A stretch of DNA of 64,000 nucleotides from Blastocatellia bacterium (GTDB lineage: Bacteria; Acidobacteriota; Blastocatellia; UBA7656). The translations under genes and the position numbers were made by a program. The notes under the pieces are model-generated. The model ran no database searches, had not been told where the DNA came from, and was given only the letters and a program-made list of their open reading frames with translations. This document shows, piece by piece, positions 9,723 to 19,222 of this stretch. Each line of letters starts with the position of its first letter. The stretch's first letter is position 1. The stretch is taken from NCBI GenBank assembly GCA_963765495.1, contig CAVXWP010000001.1, positions 800,001-864,000 on the forward strand, given 5' to 3'.

Positions 9723-10577
9723 CTATCGCGCTCCGTGCGTAAGGAACGTGACGAAACTCGTCAGCCCCACAACGCTTGTGATCTTACTCATTTTCTTGAA
9801 CAGATTCCCGTGTACTATGATCGTATCGCCTGCCCGCAGGTAGGTGTTTTCTTCCGGGCTTGCCTGGCCCTTGAGTATCTTCTTCACGTCAACGGTGAGC
9901 GTCTTCACGCTGCCGTCTTCGTACTGTCTGAGGATGGATACCTTTGAACTGTTGCCGGTCTCAGCGATGCCGCCCGTAGCCGTTATGGCGTCAAGCACGC
10001 GCATCGGGCGCGAAAGCAGCACTACGCCCGGCTGTCGCACATCGCCGAGCACGCCTATCTTGGCGCTGTTGGCTTCAAGAAGCGAGAGCGTCACGCGCGG
10101 GTCTTTGATGTATTCCGAAATCGCCGTGGTGAAGTAATCCTGAAGCTGGCCGAGCGTTTTTCCGGCGACCGATATGTTGCCAAGCAGTGGGTAATAGACC
10201 TGCCCGAAAGGCGACACGGTGGTGTGCTCGATGGTGTCCTGGGGGTGACGGTCTACGTAGATGGCGATGATGTCGCCCGCGCCGAGCCGATAGGTGTTAT
10301 AGAAATTCTGATAGATCGAATTTATCTGCGCCTGGATAGCGGCTTCATCCGGGGGCGCGATTTGGTCGGCCGTGCCCGAAAGACTCGCCGAAGTCTTCAC
10401 GCCTGAGGCGCGCGGCTTTGCAGCCGCCGAGGTGTCATCAACCATTTTGGAGGAAGCGGATTTCGATTGCCCCTGCGCAGGAATCCCTGTACCCGAAAGG
10501 CCCAGGGCGATCATCGCCATCAGTGTGAAGCTCAGGAATTTTCTTGTTGTCGTCATCATATTCATACTCTTTCTCAC
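9723..10577 (-). CDS. Polysaccharide export protein (Wza/Poly_export with SLBB domain)
   Basis: Signal peptide; YRLGAGD, YPLLGNI.VAGKT, VLGDVRQPG and LRAGDTIIV motifs. Confidence 0.88.
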   Translation of the reverse strand: MRKSMNMMTTTRKFLSFTLMAMIALGLSGTGIPAQGQSKSASSKMVDDTSAAAKPRASGVKTSASLSGTADQIAPPDEAAIQAQINSIYQNFYNTYRLGAGDIIAIYVDRHPQDTIEHTTVSPFGQVYYPLLGNISVAGKTLGQLQDYFTTAISEYIKDPRVTLSLLEANSAKIGVLGDVRQPGVVLLSRPMRVLDAITATGGIAETGNSSKVSILRQYEDGSVKTLTVDVKKILKGQASPEENTYLRAGDTIIVHGNLFKKMSKITSVVGLTSFVTFLTHGAR

Positions 10578-10586
10578 GACGGGCGT

Positions 10587-11957
10587 TTATCTTCCCCCGC
10601 GACCGAACAGGACGATCTTGATCGTCTCGAATACAATTATCGCGTCCAGAATAAAGGACTGGTTTTTGATGTAGTAGAGGTCATACCTCAGTTTCTCTAT
10701 GGCGTCTTCGACCGACGCGCCGTAAGGATACTTGATCTGTGCCCAGCCGGTGAGTCCCGGTTTAACGAGATGTCGTTGAGTGTAGAAGGGGATGATTTCA
10801 GTCAACTGATCGACGAAGACCGGGCGTTCCGGGCGCGGGCCCACGAAGTTCATATCGCCCCGCAGGACGTTTACGAATTGCGGCAACTCGTCGAGCCTGA
10901 GCTTGCGAATGATCCGTCCCACTCGCGTGACGCGGGGGTCGGATTCGCCCGCCCAGACCGGGCCGTTGGCTTCGGCATCAATACGCATGGAGCGGAACTT
11001 GATTATGTTGAACCGGCGGTCGTTTTTGCCTAAGCGCTCCTGGATATAAAAGATCGGTCCGGCAGATTCGAGTTTGACCGCGATGGCCACAGCCAGCATT
11101 ATCGGCAGCGAGAGCAGAAACCCTACCGCCGCAAGAGCGAAATTAACGATCCTGCGCGTGTGATGAGCGATGTCCGAGAAACGGCTGCCGCTCGAAAATA
11201 TCAACCAGCTTGGCCTGAGCATATCGGTAGCGATCTTGCCCGTGAGCCGTTCGTAATAGCAGGCGCTCTCTTCGACCGCCGCCCTCCCGCTGAGGCTCAG
11301 GTTCAATAGTTCTTCGGTAGGAAACTGTCCGCGCCGATCTTCGACCGCGACAACTATACGATCAATCTGATGTTGCTCGACCAGATTCGATATATCGCTG
11401 GTCAGCCCGATTACGGAAGGATTTATCAGGCTCTTGCCGACGAGTTCGGGCTTGTTGTCTACGAACCCGACGATGTGAAATCCGGCGTTGCTGCGCTCAA
11501 GCGTGGCGCGGGCAAGCTCTATGGCCTGCTCTCCCGACCCGAGTATCAAGACGCGTTCGCGCACACCCAGTTGAGGATGTCCCGCGCTCCAGGCAACCAG
11601 CCACCGCCACGCAGTTATCAGAGCGAAGCTGATAGCGATCATCCACAGATAGACGCCGCGACCAAGCTGGAGCACCGGCAGGACGTAGAAAAGGATTGAT
11701 ATGAGGACAGTCGTTACACCGAGCGCCTTTACGAGGTTGATCATCACCCGGCGATAGCTGCGCATCGCAGGAAGATCGTAAAGATCGAAGAGGTAAAACG
11801 TCAGTTGAGCCACGAGCGCCACGAGCAAAAGCTTTTGCCAGCTCTGACGCTCAAGCACCTCATACCATATGGCGTTTGCCAATCTGATGTAGGTCGCGGC
11901 AAGTCCCGCCACGAGCATCAATACAAATTCGGCTGCTACCAGAAACATGCGTCTCAT
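10587..11957 (-). CDS. Priming sugar transferase (WcaJ/GumD-like, PEP-CTERM/XrtA-associated type)
   Basis: [32 protein letters not shown] and [10 protein letters not shown] motifs. Confidence 0.92.
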   Translation of the reverse strand: MRRMFLVAAEFVLMLVAGLAATYIRLANAIWYEVLERQSWQKLLLVALVAQLTFYLFDLYDLPAMRSYRRVMINLVKALGVTTVLISILFYVLPVLQLGRGVYLWMIAISFALITAWRWLVAWSAGHPQLGVRERVLILGSGEQAIELARATLERSNAGFHIVGFVDNKPELVGKSLINPSVIGLTSDISNLVEQHQIDRIVVAVEDRRGQFPTEELLNLSLSGRAAVEESACYYERLTGKIATDMLRPSWLIFSSGSRFSDIAHHTRRIVNFALAAVGFLLSLPIMLAVAIAVKLESAGPIFYIQERLGKNDRRFNIIKFRSMRIDAEANGPVWAGESDPRVTRVGRIIRKLRLDELPQFVNVLRGDMNFVGPRPERPVFVDQLTEIIPFYTQRHLVKPGLTGWAQIKYPYGASVEDAIEKLRYDLYYIKNQSFILDAIIVFETIKIVLFGRGGR

Positions 11958-12065
11958 ATAATTTTCTCGTCAGTTGCGCCATTCAAGCGGTTGCAACTCA
12001 GGGGTGAGGGGGCATTAGTTTTAAATACGATTCTTAAAATCATCTTTTGATAATCTCAATAACCC

Positions 12066-13208
12066 TTATTTCTTGCGTTTGAACAGACGCCCAAAACCGC
12101 CCTTCGTTTTGCGGTTGTGATAGGCGATCTCTTCTTCAACCTGTGCCTCGTTCAGAACCACACCGACGCGGCGTTCCTTTGGCACAAGCTTGAGGGCGTC
12201 GGTCACATTGCTGTGATGAGTATTTCCTGCGCGGGTCACAAGCACTGTGCCGTCAACTATGGAAGCCAGCCGTTGCGCGTCGGCAAAATCGAGTATCGGG
12301 GGCGTGTCAATAATTATGAAATCAAAATGCTGCTCAAGCTCTGTCAACATCTCCTCGACGCGGGAAGAAGAGAGCGCGTCGGCTATCCCGGGAAGCCCGA
12401 CCTCGCTTTTGTCGCTCTTCGCCTTTGTAGAGGAATCGCCTACGCTGTTTGGCGTCATCACGTAAAGGCCGTTGGGATCGAGCCGTACGGCCGTGTCTTC
12501 GAATCGTTCGGTGCCTGCGAGCATATCGAGCCACCCGCTGCCTGACCGTATGCCGAGAAGACGGGCAACCGACGGGTAGCGCAGATCGGCGTCTATCAAA
12601 AGCACGCGCCGCTCGGAAGGTTTCGACATCACCCAGGCGAGATTCGTAGCCACGGTGGATTTGCCTTCGCCTTCGCGGGCGCTTGTGACGACAATCGTCT
12701 TGAGCTTGCGGCGAGCGGCCAGATTTAGCAGTCTGACCGCAAGCGTTCGGTAACGCTCGCTTGAAAGAACATCGTCGCCTGTGAGTGCCGCCATGTGCGG
12801 CTCGATGGTCAGCGTGGATGCATCTGCTATCTGTTTCGGCTCTACGAAAGAAGGTTTGGCGGGGGCTGCGACAGGCGCGGGAACCGCCTGCGGGAACTGT
12901 GCTTGCGGGAACTGCGCTTGTGGGAACTGGCCTATAGCCAGATTCGCGCCCGTGTAATCGACCGCTATCGGGTCCGTGTTGAGATCGAAGGGGAATGCCG
13001 GTGGCTGGTGGCCTTGTTCTGTCTGATCATTAAATCCGGTTTGTGCGGGCTGTTGCTCGACGAGATACTGGCCGGTGTTTTGTTGACCAGCGACGGGTTC
13101 CAGCGCTTGTGAAGACGCGTTTCCCGAAATCTCTGTGGGGCGACCGATTGGTCGGCTATTGTCTTTCCACCTATCGGATTTCAACAGTGCGTTGTAGACT
13201 CTGCCCAT
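12066..13208 (-). CDS. CpsD/CapB-family BY-kinase (Wzc cytoplasmic part)
   Basis: Walker A GEGKST, IDADLR and IIIDTPP; N-terminus MGRVYNAL. Confidence 0.88.
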   Translation of the reverse strand: MGRVYNALLKSDRWKDNSRPIGRPTEISGNASSQALEPVAGQQNTGQYLVEQQPAQTGFNDQTEQGHQPPAFPFDLNTDPIAVDYTGANLAIGQFPQAQFPQAQFPQAVPAPVAAPAKPSFVEPKQIADASTLTIEPHMAALTGDDVLSSERYRTLAVRLLNLAARRKLKTIVVTSAREGEGKSTVATNLAWVMSKPSERRVLLIDADLRYPSVARLLGIRSGSGWLDMLAGTERFEDTAVRLDPNGLYVMTPNSVGDSSTKAKSDKSEVGLPGIADALSSSRVEEMLTELEQHFDFIIIDTPPILDFADAQRLASIVDGTVLVTRAGNTHHSNVTDALKLVPKERRVGVVLNEAQVEEEIAYHNRKTKGGFGRLFKRKK

Positions 13209-13236
13209 ATCAGTAGACCTTTCACACAGGAGCGGC

Positions 13237-14322
13237 TTAGGCGTGCCGGGTCACACGCACTCGCGAAAAGAACTTCGACGGCATTTCCTGATCGCTGTCG
13301 TTTTCAGAATCGATCACGAATCTTGCTTTGTTGCCTGCGACACTTGCGCTCTGCCCTGACGACGTTTCCGCAGGGTCGCGGTGGATGTAGTGAACGTTTG
13401 GCCCGGCCTGATCCTGATTTCTCGCCTGTGACCATCCATCGTTTTGCGGGTTGCGGGCCATAAATGCGTCTCGCTCGGCGCTGGCCTCGGCGGCCATCTG
13501 CATCGAAGTGGCCTCCATCGGCATCAGGTCGAGTTCCATGATCACATCGCTCACGATAGAGGCTGTAACGCGGGGGCTCTCTTCGCCAAAACCATTCAGC
13601 AGAGCGTTATCGCAGATGTTGTTTATGATGCGCGGGATGCCGCCGGAAAACTGATGGATTATGCGAATCGCTTCGGGCTCGAAAATGTTTTCGTCTCTGG
13701 CTCCGGCTACCCTCAATCGCCAGTGGATGTACTCGGCGGTTTCGCGGGCCGATAGCGGTTTGATCGAGCATTTGAGGCTGACGCGCTGCTTTAGTTGCCT
13801 CAGTTCCGGCTGTGCCAGCAGGTCGTGGAGTTCGGGCTGGCCGCACAATACGACCTGAAGCAGTTTGTCTCGATTGGTTTCAAAATTTGAGAGCAAACGG
13901 ATCTCTTCGAGCAGGTGACGGGGGAGCAGGTGCGCTTCGTCTACGACCAGCACCGTGCGAAGTCCCTGCGCGTGACGCGACATCAACACATAACCGAACA
14001 TCCGCAGCATAGTCGCTTTCGATGTCTGCGACCGCAGGCGAAACTCGCTTCCGAGCAGGTCAAAGAAATCTTCGGTCGAAAGCAGGGGATTGAAGATGTA
14101 GGCCGCAAGCACCGAACGGTCGAGCGATTGCAGCATCGAGCGCAGTATGGTGGTTTTGCCGGTTCCAACTTCGCCCGTAACCACTACCAGCCCTTTGCCG
14201 TTCTCGATTCCATACTGTAAGTTGGCAAAGACTTCGAGCAGGCTTTCGGTGCGGAACAGATACCGGGGGTCCGGCGCAAGACTGAATGGAATGTCGCGTA
14301 ATCCGTAAAATTGCTTGTACAT
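13237..14322 (-). CDS. ExeA/GspA-like AAA ATPase (EPS/PEP-CTERM-locus type)
   Basis: MY..FYGL...PFSLAPDP, TGEVGTGKT, VVDEAH, GQPEL and GGIPR.IN..CDNALL motifs. Confidence 0.9.
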   Translation of the reverse strand: MYKQFYGLRDIPFSLAPDPRYLFRTESLLEVFANLQYGIENGKGLVVVTGEVGTGKTTILRSMLQSLDRSVLAAYIFNPLLSTEDFFDLLGSEFRLRSQTSKATMLRMFGYVLMSRHAQGLRTVLVVDEAHLLPRHLLEEIRLLSNFETNRDKLLQVVLCGQPELHDLLAQPELRQLKQRVSLKCSIKPLSARETAEYIHWRLRVAGARDENIFEPEAIRIIHQFSGGIPRIINNICDNALLNGFGEESPRVTASIVSDVIMELDLMPMEATSMQMAAEASAERDAFMARNPQNDGWSQARNQDQAGPNVHYIHRDPAETSSGQSASVAGNKARFVIDSENDSDQEMPSKFFSRVRVTRHA

Positions 14323-14374
14323 TTATTCTCCCAATCCCTCTCGATTCAATTAAATGACTAATGGCGCGATCTTT

Positions 14375-15991
14375 TCACTTCCTGCCTATGAGGGCGAACA
14401 AATTTGCGACGATCAATAGTTTTGTGAGCGCCACGGTTGCCACAATCGCCACGGCTGTGCCGAGCGCCATTCGCATTCTCGCTCGCCGCTCGTTGCGCTT
14501 GCGATCCTCGGCCGTCTGCGTGCGAGGGATGGCGGCAAGCATCGGCAGCCTTGTGTAGTGCTCTACGTCCCTGGCGTCCTGAAGCGAGGTGAAGCTGCGC
14601 ATTTCAAGCAGAAACGCGAAACCGGCTCCCACGGCCAGCCCCAGGGCTACGGCCACAAGCGAGAGAAGGCGGCGATTTGGCCAGGCCGGCAGTTGAGGCA
14701 GGTTCGCCTGATCGAGCACGCGGAATTGCTCTACCTTATCGCTGCCGAGAGTCTGTTTCTTGAGTTCGGCGTCCTGTAGCTTGGCGAGCACCTCTTTGTA
14801 TGTCTGCTTGAGGCCCAGATAATCCTGAGCCATGCGCGCGGCTCCGGCATCGCGTGTGGCGGGAGACGCAGGCACGGCGGGAGCGGACGAGACGGCGGCT
14901 ACGGGCGGGTTGGCTATGCGGCGTTGGAGTTCGCGGCCTGTGACTTCAAGCTCGATCTTCAAGCGGTTGCGGTCAGATTCAAGCGCGCGGAGGTCGCGCA
15001 TCTCAGGCGACTGGTTGGTTCCGCCTTCCATCTGGCGGCGAAGTTCGGCTATCTGTTGATCTATGGCGGCTATCTGATCGTTTATGGCAATCACACGCGG
15101 GTGCTTATCCGTAAGCTCTTCGCTGTTGATGAGGTTATCGTGTTGGCCCTTAAGCTCTGTGCGTTTGGCAATGAGCGCGGCGTAGGTCGGGTTGTCGCGA
15201 AGATTGACGGTCTTCTTTTGCTGATCGACGATGTGCTGCTGCTCGCTTATGCGGCGCTCGACATCGGCCAGTTCCTGCTGGAGCTTGTATTGCTGATCCT
15301 TGAGGTTTTCAACGGTCATCTGCTGGGCGCGAAGCGCTTCGGCCGATACAGTGCCGCGCCCGCCCGAACCCGTTGGAACGACGGGAGCGTCTTCTTTTAG
15401 CGAGAGCAGCCAGGAGGCTTTCTCTTCAAGCTCGTGCAGTTGAGACGACAGATCGGCCGCGCGCTGGCGCAACACATCGGCTTCGCCCGAAACCTGAGAC
15501 TGCATCGCCTGAACGTTATCGGCTATAAGCTGGTCTGAGAGTTCCGCCGTCACTTTACGCGCGGTCTCGGGGTCGTTTGCGCGATATGAAATCGTAAAGG
15601 CATCGGTCACGTTATCTCTGCTCGAATTCACCTCGACCTTGATGGTCGAGCGCATCTCTTCGATCACATCGTCAATGCGCGTGCCTTTTTGAAGCTCGTT
15701 TTGATAGAGCCCGAACTTTGAAATGATCCCTTCAAGACGAGTGCGGCTTGTGACCTGCTGGCGTATGGTGGCCAGTCTGCGCGCAAGATCGAGCGATGCG
15801 TCCTCGCCTGAGCCTTTGCCCGAAGGTGAGTCTATGATTATAAAGGTCGAAGACTCATAGGCATTGGGCAACTGTTTTATGGCGACGGCCGACGAGATCA
15901 CGATGACGAGCGCCGGAACGATTATGGCAGCCTTGCGACGGCTTATACTGCGAAGATACTCGTTGATGGTGCGTGGTCTGAGCGAATCCAT
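14375..15991 (-). CDS. Polysaccharide co-polymerase / chain-length determinant (GumC/Wzc membrane part)
   Basis: N-terminal TM, coiled coils, TDKHPRV, then FRVLDQANLP..PAWPNR followed by TM; start set at MDSLRP. Confidence 0.85.
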   Translation of the reverse strand: MDSLRPRTINEYLRSISRRKAAIIVPALVIVISSAVAIKQLPNAYESSTFIIIDSPSGKGSGEDASLDLARRLATIRQQVTSRTRLEGIISKFGLYQNELQKGTRIDDVIEEMRSTIKVEVNSSRDNVTDAFTISYRANDPETARKVTAELSDQLIADNVQAMQSQVSGEADVLRQRAADLSSQLHELEEKASWLLSLKEDAPVVPTGSGGRGTVSAEALRAQQMTVENLKDQQYKLQQELADVERRISEQQHIVDQQKKTVNLRDNPTYAALIAKRTELKGQHDNLINSEELTDKHPRVIAINDQIAAIDQQIAELRRQMEGGTNQSPEMRDLRALESDRNRLKIELEVTGRELQRRIANPPVAAVSSAPAVPASPATRDAGAARMAQDYLGLKQTYKEVLAKLQDAELKKQTLGSDKVEQFRVLDQANLPQLPAWPNRRLLSLVAVALGLAVGAGFAFLLEMRSFTSLQDARDVEHYTRLPMLAAIPRTQTAEDRKRNERRARMRMALGTAVAIVATVALTKLLIVANLFALIGRK

Positions 15992-16142
15992 TTTTACTCG
16001 CTTTGTCCCGTCTCTTTTGGGAGCAGGACCGTTAAAAGATGATCTGAAAATAACCTGCCTGATCTGTGCGCGCGATTCAGGCCTAACCATTCCATCTAAT
16101 GAAAGTGCCAATTGTGCCCGGGTTCCAGATGCGGGATAGGCA

Positions 16143-16275
16143 GTGATGCGTGATTCGTGACAGGTGATTCGTGACAGGTGATTCGTGACGGGTGAATCAT
16201 GAGATTTGGAGTCCATCGTAAGAAGAAAACCGCCTTTAAGTCACGGATCACGGATCACGCATCACCCATCACATG
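16143..16275. repeat. Heptamer array (GTGAnnn)x8 with inverted (TCACnnn)x5
   Basis: Read directly. Confidence 0.85.
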
Positions 16276-16313
16276 ATGTGTATCACTTATTACGAATTAT
16301 TAAAATGAAAGTG

Positions 16314-16342
16314 TTGACAAGGCATGGGGAGTGAATTATAAC
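16314..16342 (+). promoter_or_regulatory. Sigma70-type promoter upstream of the LuxR gene
   Basis: TTGACA-17 nt-TATAAC. Confidence 0.65.
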
Positions 16343-16545
16343 CTTGCCGAAGCTACCTTTTGCCCTGTGAAAGTGTTCCCCGGGTCAATGCCGGCCATTG
16401 GCGCAAGTTGGTTGCCTCTGTAATAGCCCGGCTTTCGATCTCCCTGCCCCTCATTGGACTGGCGAGTTGCCGCATCAGGAGTTGAATTTGCACGATTGCA
16501 AAGGCTTCTCTGCCTCCTGCGAGCAATAATCAAATGAGGAATGAT

Positions 16546-17181
16546 ATGTTGGCTCAAGGGTCATATGGTTCTGCGTCCATCGAAGCACCCATGTCTGATG
16601 ATACTGACCGCCTGTATAGTCTGGCGGCTGCGCTCGATGAAATAAACGAAGGTGCGGTTTTCTTAAATCCGGAAGGGCAACTGGTCTGGCACAATCGAGC
16701 ATTTGATAAACTTCTGGTTGATAATAGCGAAGGTCATCTGCTGGTGGCTTCGGTCCTGGAGCTTGGAGCCGATTTTTATCAGGATTTCTATGAATTGCAG
16801 TACCCGGTCAAGCTGAACGGAGAGGCGCTGACCTCTGTTGTGCGCGAGGTTATGGTCGGTCGCATAGAGCATACGCTGCACTGCACCTTGATGCCGGCAG
16901 GGATGCTTGGAGCCGACAGCTATCTGTTATGTCTGGTCAAACGTTCGGCATCGCGATGGTCGAGCTATGGCGAGCATCTGCGCCAGACCTGGGGGCTTAC
17001 CGAGCGTGAATCTCAGGTAGCGCTCGAATGCCTCAGGGGCAAAAAGAACCTTGAAATAGCCGAACGGCTCAGGATAAGCGTCGAAACCGTGAATAAACAT
17101 CTCGATAAGGTCTATCAAAAAGCGTCCGTGAGGGGACGCGCTGAACTGGCTTCCCGCCTGCTCGACAGCGGGCTTTTCTGA
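16546..17181 (+). CDS. PAS-like domain plus LuxR HTH regulator
   Basis: GAVFLNPEGQLVWHNRAF and LTERESQV...GKKNLEIAERLRISVETVNKHL; GAGGA RBS. Confidence 0.85.
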   Translation: MLAQGSYGSASIEAPMSDDTDRLYSLAAALDEINEGAVFLNPEGQLVWHNRAFDKLLVDNSEGHLLVASVLELGADFYQDFYELQYPVKLNGEALTSVVREVMVGRIEHTLHCTLMPAGMLGADSYLLCLVKRSASRWSSYGEHLRQTWGLTERESQVALECLRGKKNLEIAERLRISVETVNKHLDKVYQKASVRGRAELASRLLDSGLF

Positions 17182-17239
17182 CCGCTCAGATACGTAGAAG
17201 GCTTGCGCGCTTGCGGAGGGAAGAATTATTGTTGTTTTA

Positions 17240-17509
17240 ATGCGAATAGAGAAGAGTTCATCAACCGTATTCACTCCGCTTCCCGACGACAACGGTGTTT
17301 TGTTGAATCTGGAAACTCTCTATTATTACCGCCTCAACCGCACAGGCGCGATTATCTGGAAGCAGATAGATGATGGGGGAACCATCACGCTCGATGAACT
17401 GGTCAGAGGTGTTTGCGAGAGGTTCGAGGTAAACGAAGAGGCCGCGCGCCGCCATCTCGGCGCGTTTGTAGAGCAGCTTGAACAGTTCAAGATGGTCAGT
17501 GTTGCCTGA
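17240..17509 (+). CDS. PqqD-family (RiPP recognition element) protein
   Basis: GVLLNLET..YY.LNRTGAIIW...D...L....CERFEV....A...L..FV..L pattern. Confidence 0.8.
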   Translation: MRIEKSSSTVFTPLPDDNGVLLNLETLYYYRLNRTGAIIWKQIDDGGTITLDELVRGVCERFEVNEEAARRHLGAFVEQLEQFKMVSVA

Positions 17510-17687
17510 TCGCTCACGACTTCCCGTTCAAGTATCGCAGGTTTCAAATCTCAAGTCTCAAATCTCAGATTCGATCCTGTCAAACTGACATGTTCTGTCA
17601 GGCCCAGGCATCGAAATTTGTCAGTCACGGGGAAGTGCTCCAATGATAAATCGTTAGATTTTAACGGTTTAGACTCCCCTAAACAGG

Positions 17688-17702
17688 TGGCACGAAGCTT
17701 GC
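17688..17702 (+). promoter_or_regulatory. Sigma54 -24/-12 promoter
   Basis: TGGCACG-AAGC-TTGC matches the consensus; TGTCA/TGACA palindromic half-sites at 17578-17600 lie about 100 bp upstream. Confidence 0.75.
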
Positions 17703-17715
17703 CCAAATAAATTAC

Positions 17716-17850
17716 GCAGCACGAAAGGCTGCACAGCGGACGGGGTTACGGGGGCAACACCGTCCGCCGTCAAATCGAAGAAGTAAATAGGAGAGCCACA
17801 GGGATCGGAGTTAGGGGGGCAACACCGATTTCTGTGGTTCGTGCTGTTTA
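17716..17850 (+). ncRNA. Candidate structured small RNA or leader with two G-rich-loop hairpins
   Basis: Hairpins 17736-17767 and 17796-17837 share CGGrGTTAsGGGGGCAACACCG; closing stem 17716-17725/17838-17847; starts just after the sigma54 promoter. Confidence 0.6.
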
Positions 17851-17949
17851 CGGGCTTTATTCAGAAAATGTTTGCCCGCGCTTAACGCATCTGTAACTGC
17901 TCTTTCGTATGCTTTTATTAGAAGAGTGTGCGAAGGAGGCGAGTATTTT

Positions 17950-18168
17950 ATGTCAATCACAGTTTCAAACGTCGAATCCTTCCTGCCTGGTCAGATGGTG
18001 CAAACCAGTTTCGGACAGGGCGTAGTATCGGCCATCAGCCGTCTGGATTCGATCATATATGTAACTCTGTCAAAACACCCTGCGGGCCTTTACCTCTTGC
18101 GCCCCGAACAAGTGGAGGCATTAGGCGGCGCAGATTCGGCAAGCGTTGATCGCAGACACGATCTGTGA
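17950..18168 (+). CDS. Small hypothetical protein (72 aa, possible SH3/KOW-like beta-barrel)
   Basis: AAGGAGG RBS; FLPGQMVQTSFGQGVV pattern. Confidence 0.6.
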   Translation: MSITVSNVESFLPGQMVQTSFGQGVVSAISRLDSIIYVTLSKHPAGLYLLRPEQVEALGGADSASVDRRHDL

Positions 18169-18193
18169 GCTTGCCGAGGACGCGGAGGCTGTA

Positions 18194-18325
18194 ATGGAAT
18201 TTATGACCGTCACGGGAGTATCTGATAAACGGCGTTATATCGCGATATATCGTAAATGGTTCAACGATAAACTTGGAGCCTGGGAATTTGAGATGATACC
18301 CGGCACCCTCCGCTGGCTTGATTAA
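18194..18325 (+). CDS. Small ORF, 43 aa (MEFMTVTGVSDKRRYIAIYRKWFNDKLGAWEFEMIPGTLRWLD)
   Basis: Below the ORF-track cutoff; GGAGG RBS at 18184-18188. Confidence 0.45.
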   Translation: MEFMTVTGVSDKRRYIAIYRKWFNDKLGAWEFEMIPGTLRWLD

Positions 18326-18550
18326 AGAAAAACCTCGAAGGGTCTTGATAGATTCTTTCCAGACGATTTATCTGTTTGCGCCGGTCCCTGGCGCGGTATT
18401 CAGTCGATTTCTTGCCTGGCTGCATCCGGTTTGCCGTAAGCCGGTCCTTCTGCTCTTGACTTTTTATCCTTCTGCTATAAAGTGATTTCGGTGTTGTCAG
18501 GCCCTGACAACTTCATTGAACAATACGGAGTTTTTAAGGAGAAAATCGAC

Positions 18551-19204
18551 ATGGCATTTTGTCCGAGGTGTGGCACGCAAAGCACCGAATGGGAGCAGGT
18601 CTGCCGCCAGTGCTCATCCCCGCTCCCGAATCGCCCGGCGGAAAACCCTTACGGCGCGCAGCCACCCATGCAGCAACCGCCGCCACAGATGCCGCCTTAT
18701 GGCGCCCCGCCCGTTTATGGCGGCTATCAGCAGCAGCCCGCTTACGGCTATGGAGCGCCTTACTCAGGAGCCTACGCAAGTATAGGCAAGCGCATCGCCG
18801 CTGTGTTGCTGGACGGATTGCTTGGATTTGCAGCAGAGGTGCCCGGATTCGTGTTCATTGCGATTGGAGCAGCTTCGGCAGGCCCCAGCGGACGCTTGGA
18901 AGGCGGAGCCGCCGCGCTGTTTTTTCTCGGATACTTCATTGCATTCGTAGGCGCGCTCGGCATAGGTATTTATAATATCTATTTGCTGGGTCGGGACGGC
19001 GCGTCGCTCGGAAAGAGGTGGATGCACATTAAAGTGCTCGACCCCGCCGGCCAGCCGCTCGGATTCGGCAAGGCTTTCCTGCGCGAGTTTCTCAAAGGGC
19101 TGATTGGAGGTCTTTGCTTTATCCTCTGGCTCTGGCCGCTCTGGGACAAGGAGCAACAGGGCCTTCACGATAAGATCTTCGGCACTCACGTCTATGACGC
19201 TTGA
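18551..19204 (+). CDS. RDD-family membrane protein with N-terminal zinc ribbon
   Basis: CPRCG..CRQC, Pro/Gln/Tyr-rich linker, KRIAA.LLDG, SLGK and QGLHDKIFGT. Confidence 0.88.
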   Translation: MAFCPRCGTQSTEWEQVCRQCSSPLPNRPAENPYGAQPPMQQPPPQMPPYGAPPVYGGYQQQPAYGYGAPYSGAYASIGKRIAAVLLDGLLGFAAEVPGFVFIAIGAASAGPSGRLEGGAAALFFLGYFIAFVGALGIGIYNIYLLGRDGASLGKRWMHIKVLDPAGQPLGFGKAFLREFLKGLIGGLCFILWLWPLWDKEQQGLHDKIFGTHVYDA

Positions 19205-19222
19205 GGCTGATAGAGCTTTTCG

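Noticed and set aside
16094-16111. Second sigma54 promoter on the minus strand for the EPS operon (TGGCAC-N5-TTAG)
   Set aside because: The -12 box lacks the conserved GC; too weak to call.
15992-16216. N-terminal extension of the co-polymerase ORF (SRITCHESRIT)
   Set aside because: It is a translation of the heptamer repeat array; MDSLRP at 15991 is the more plausible start.
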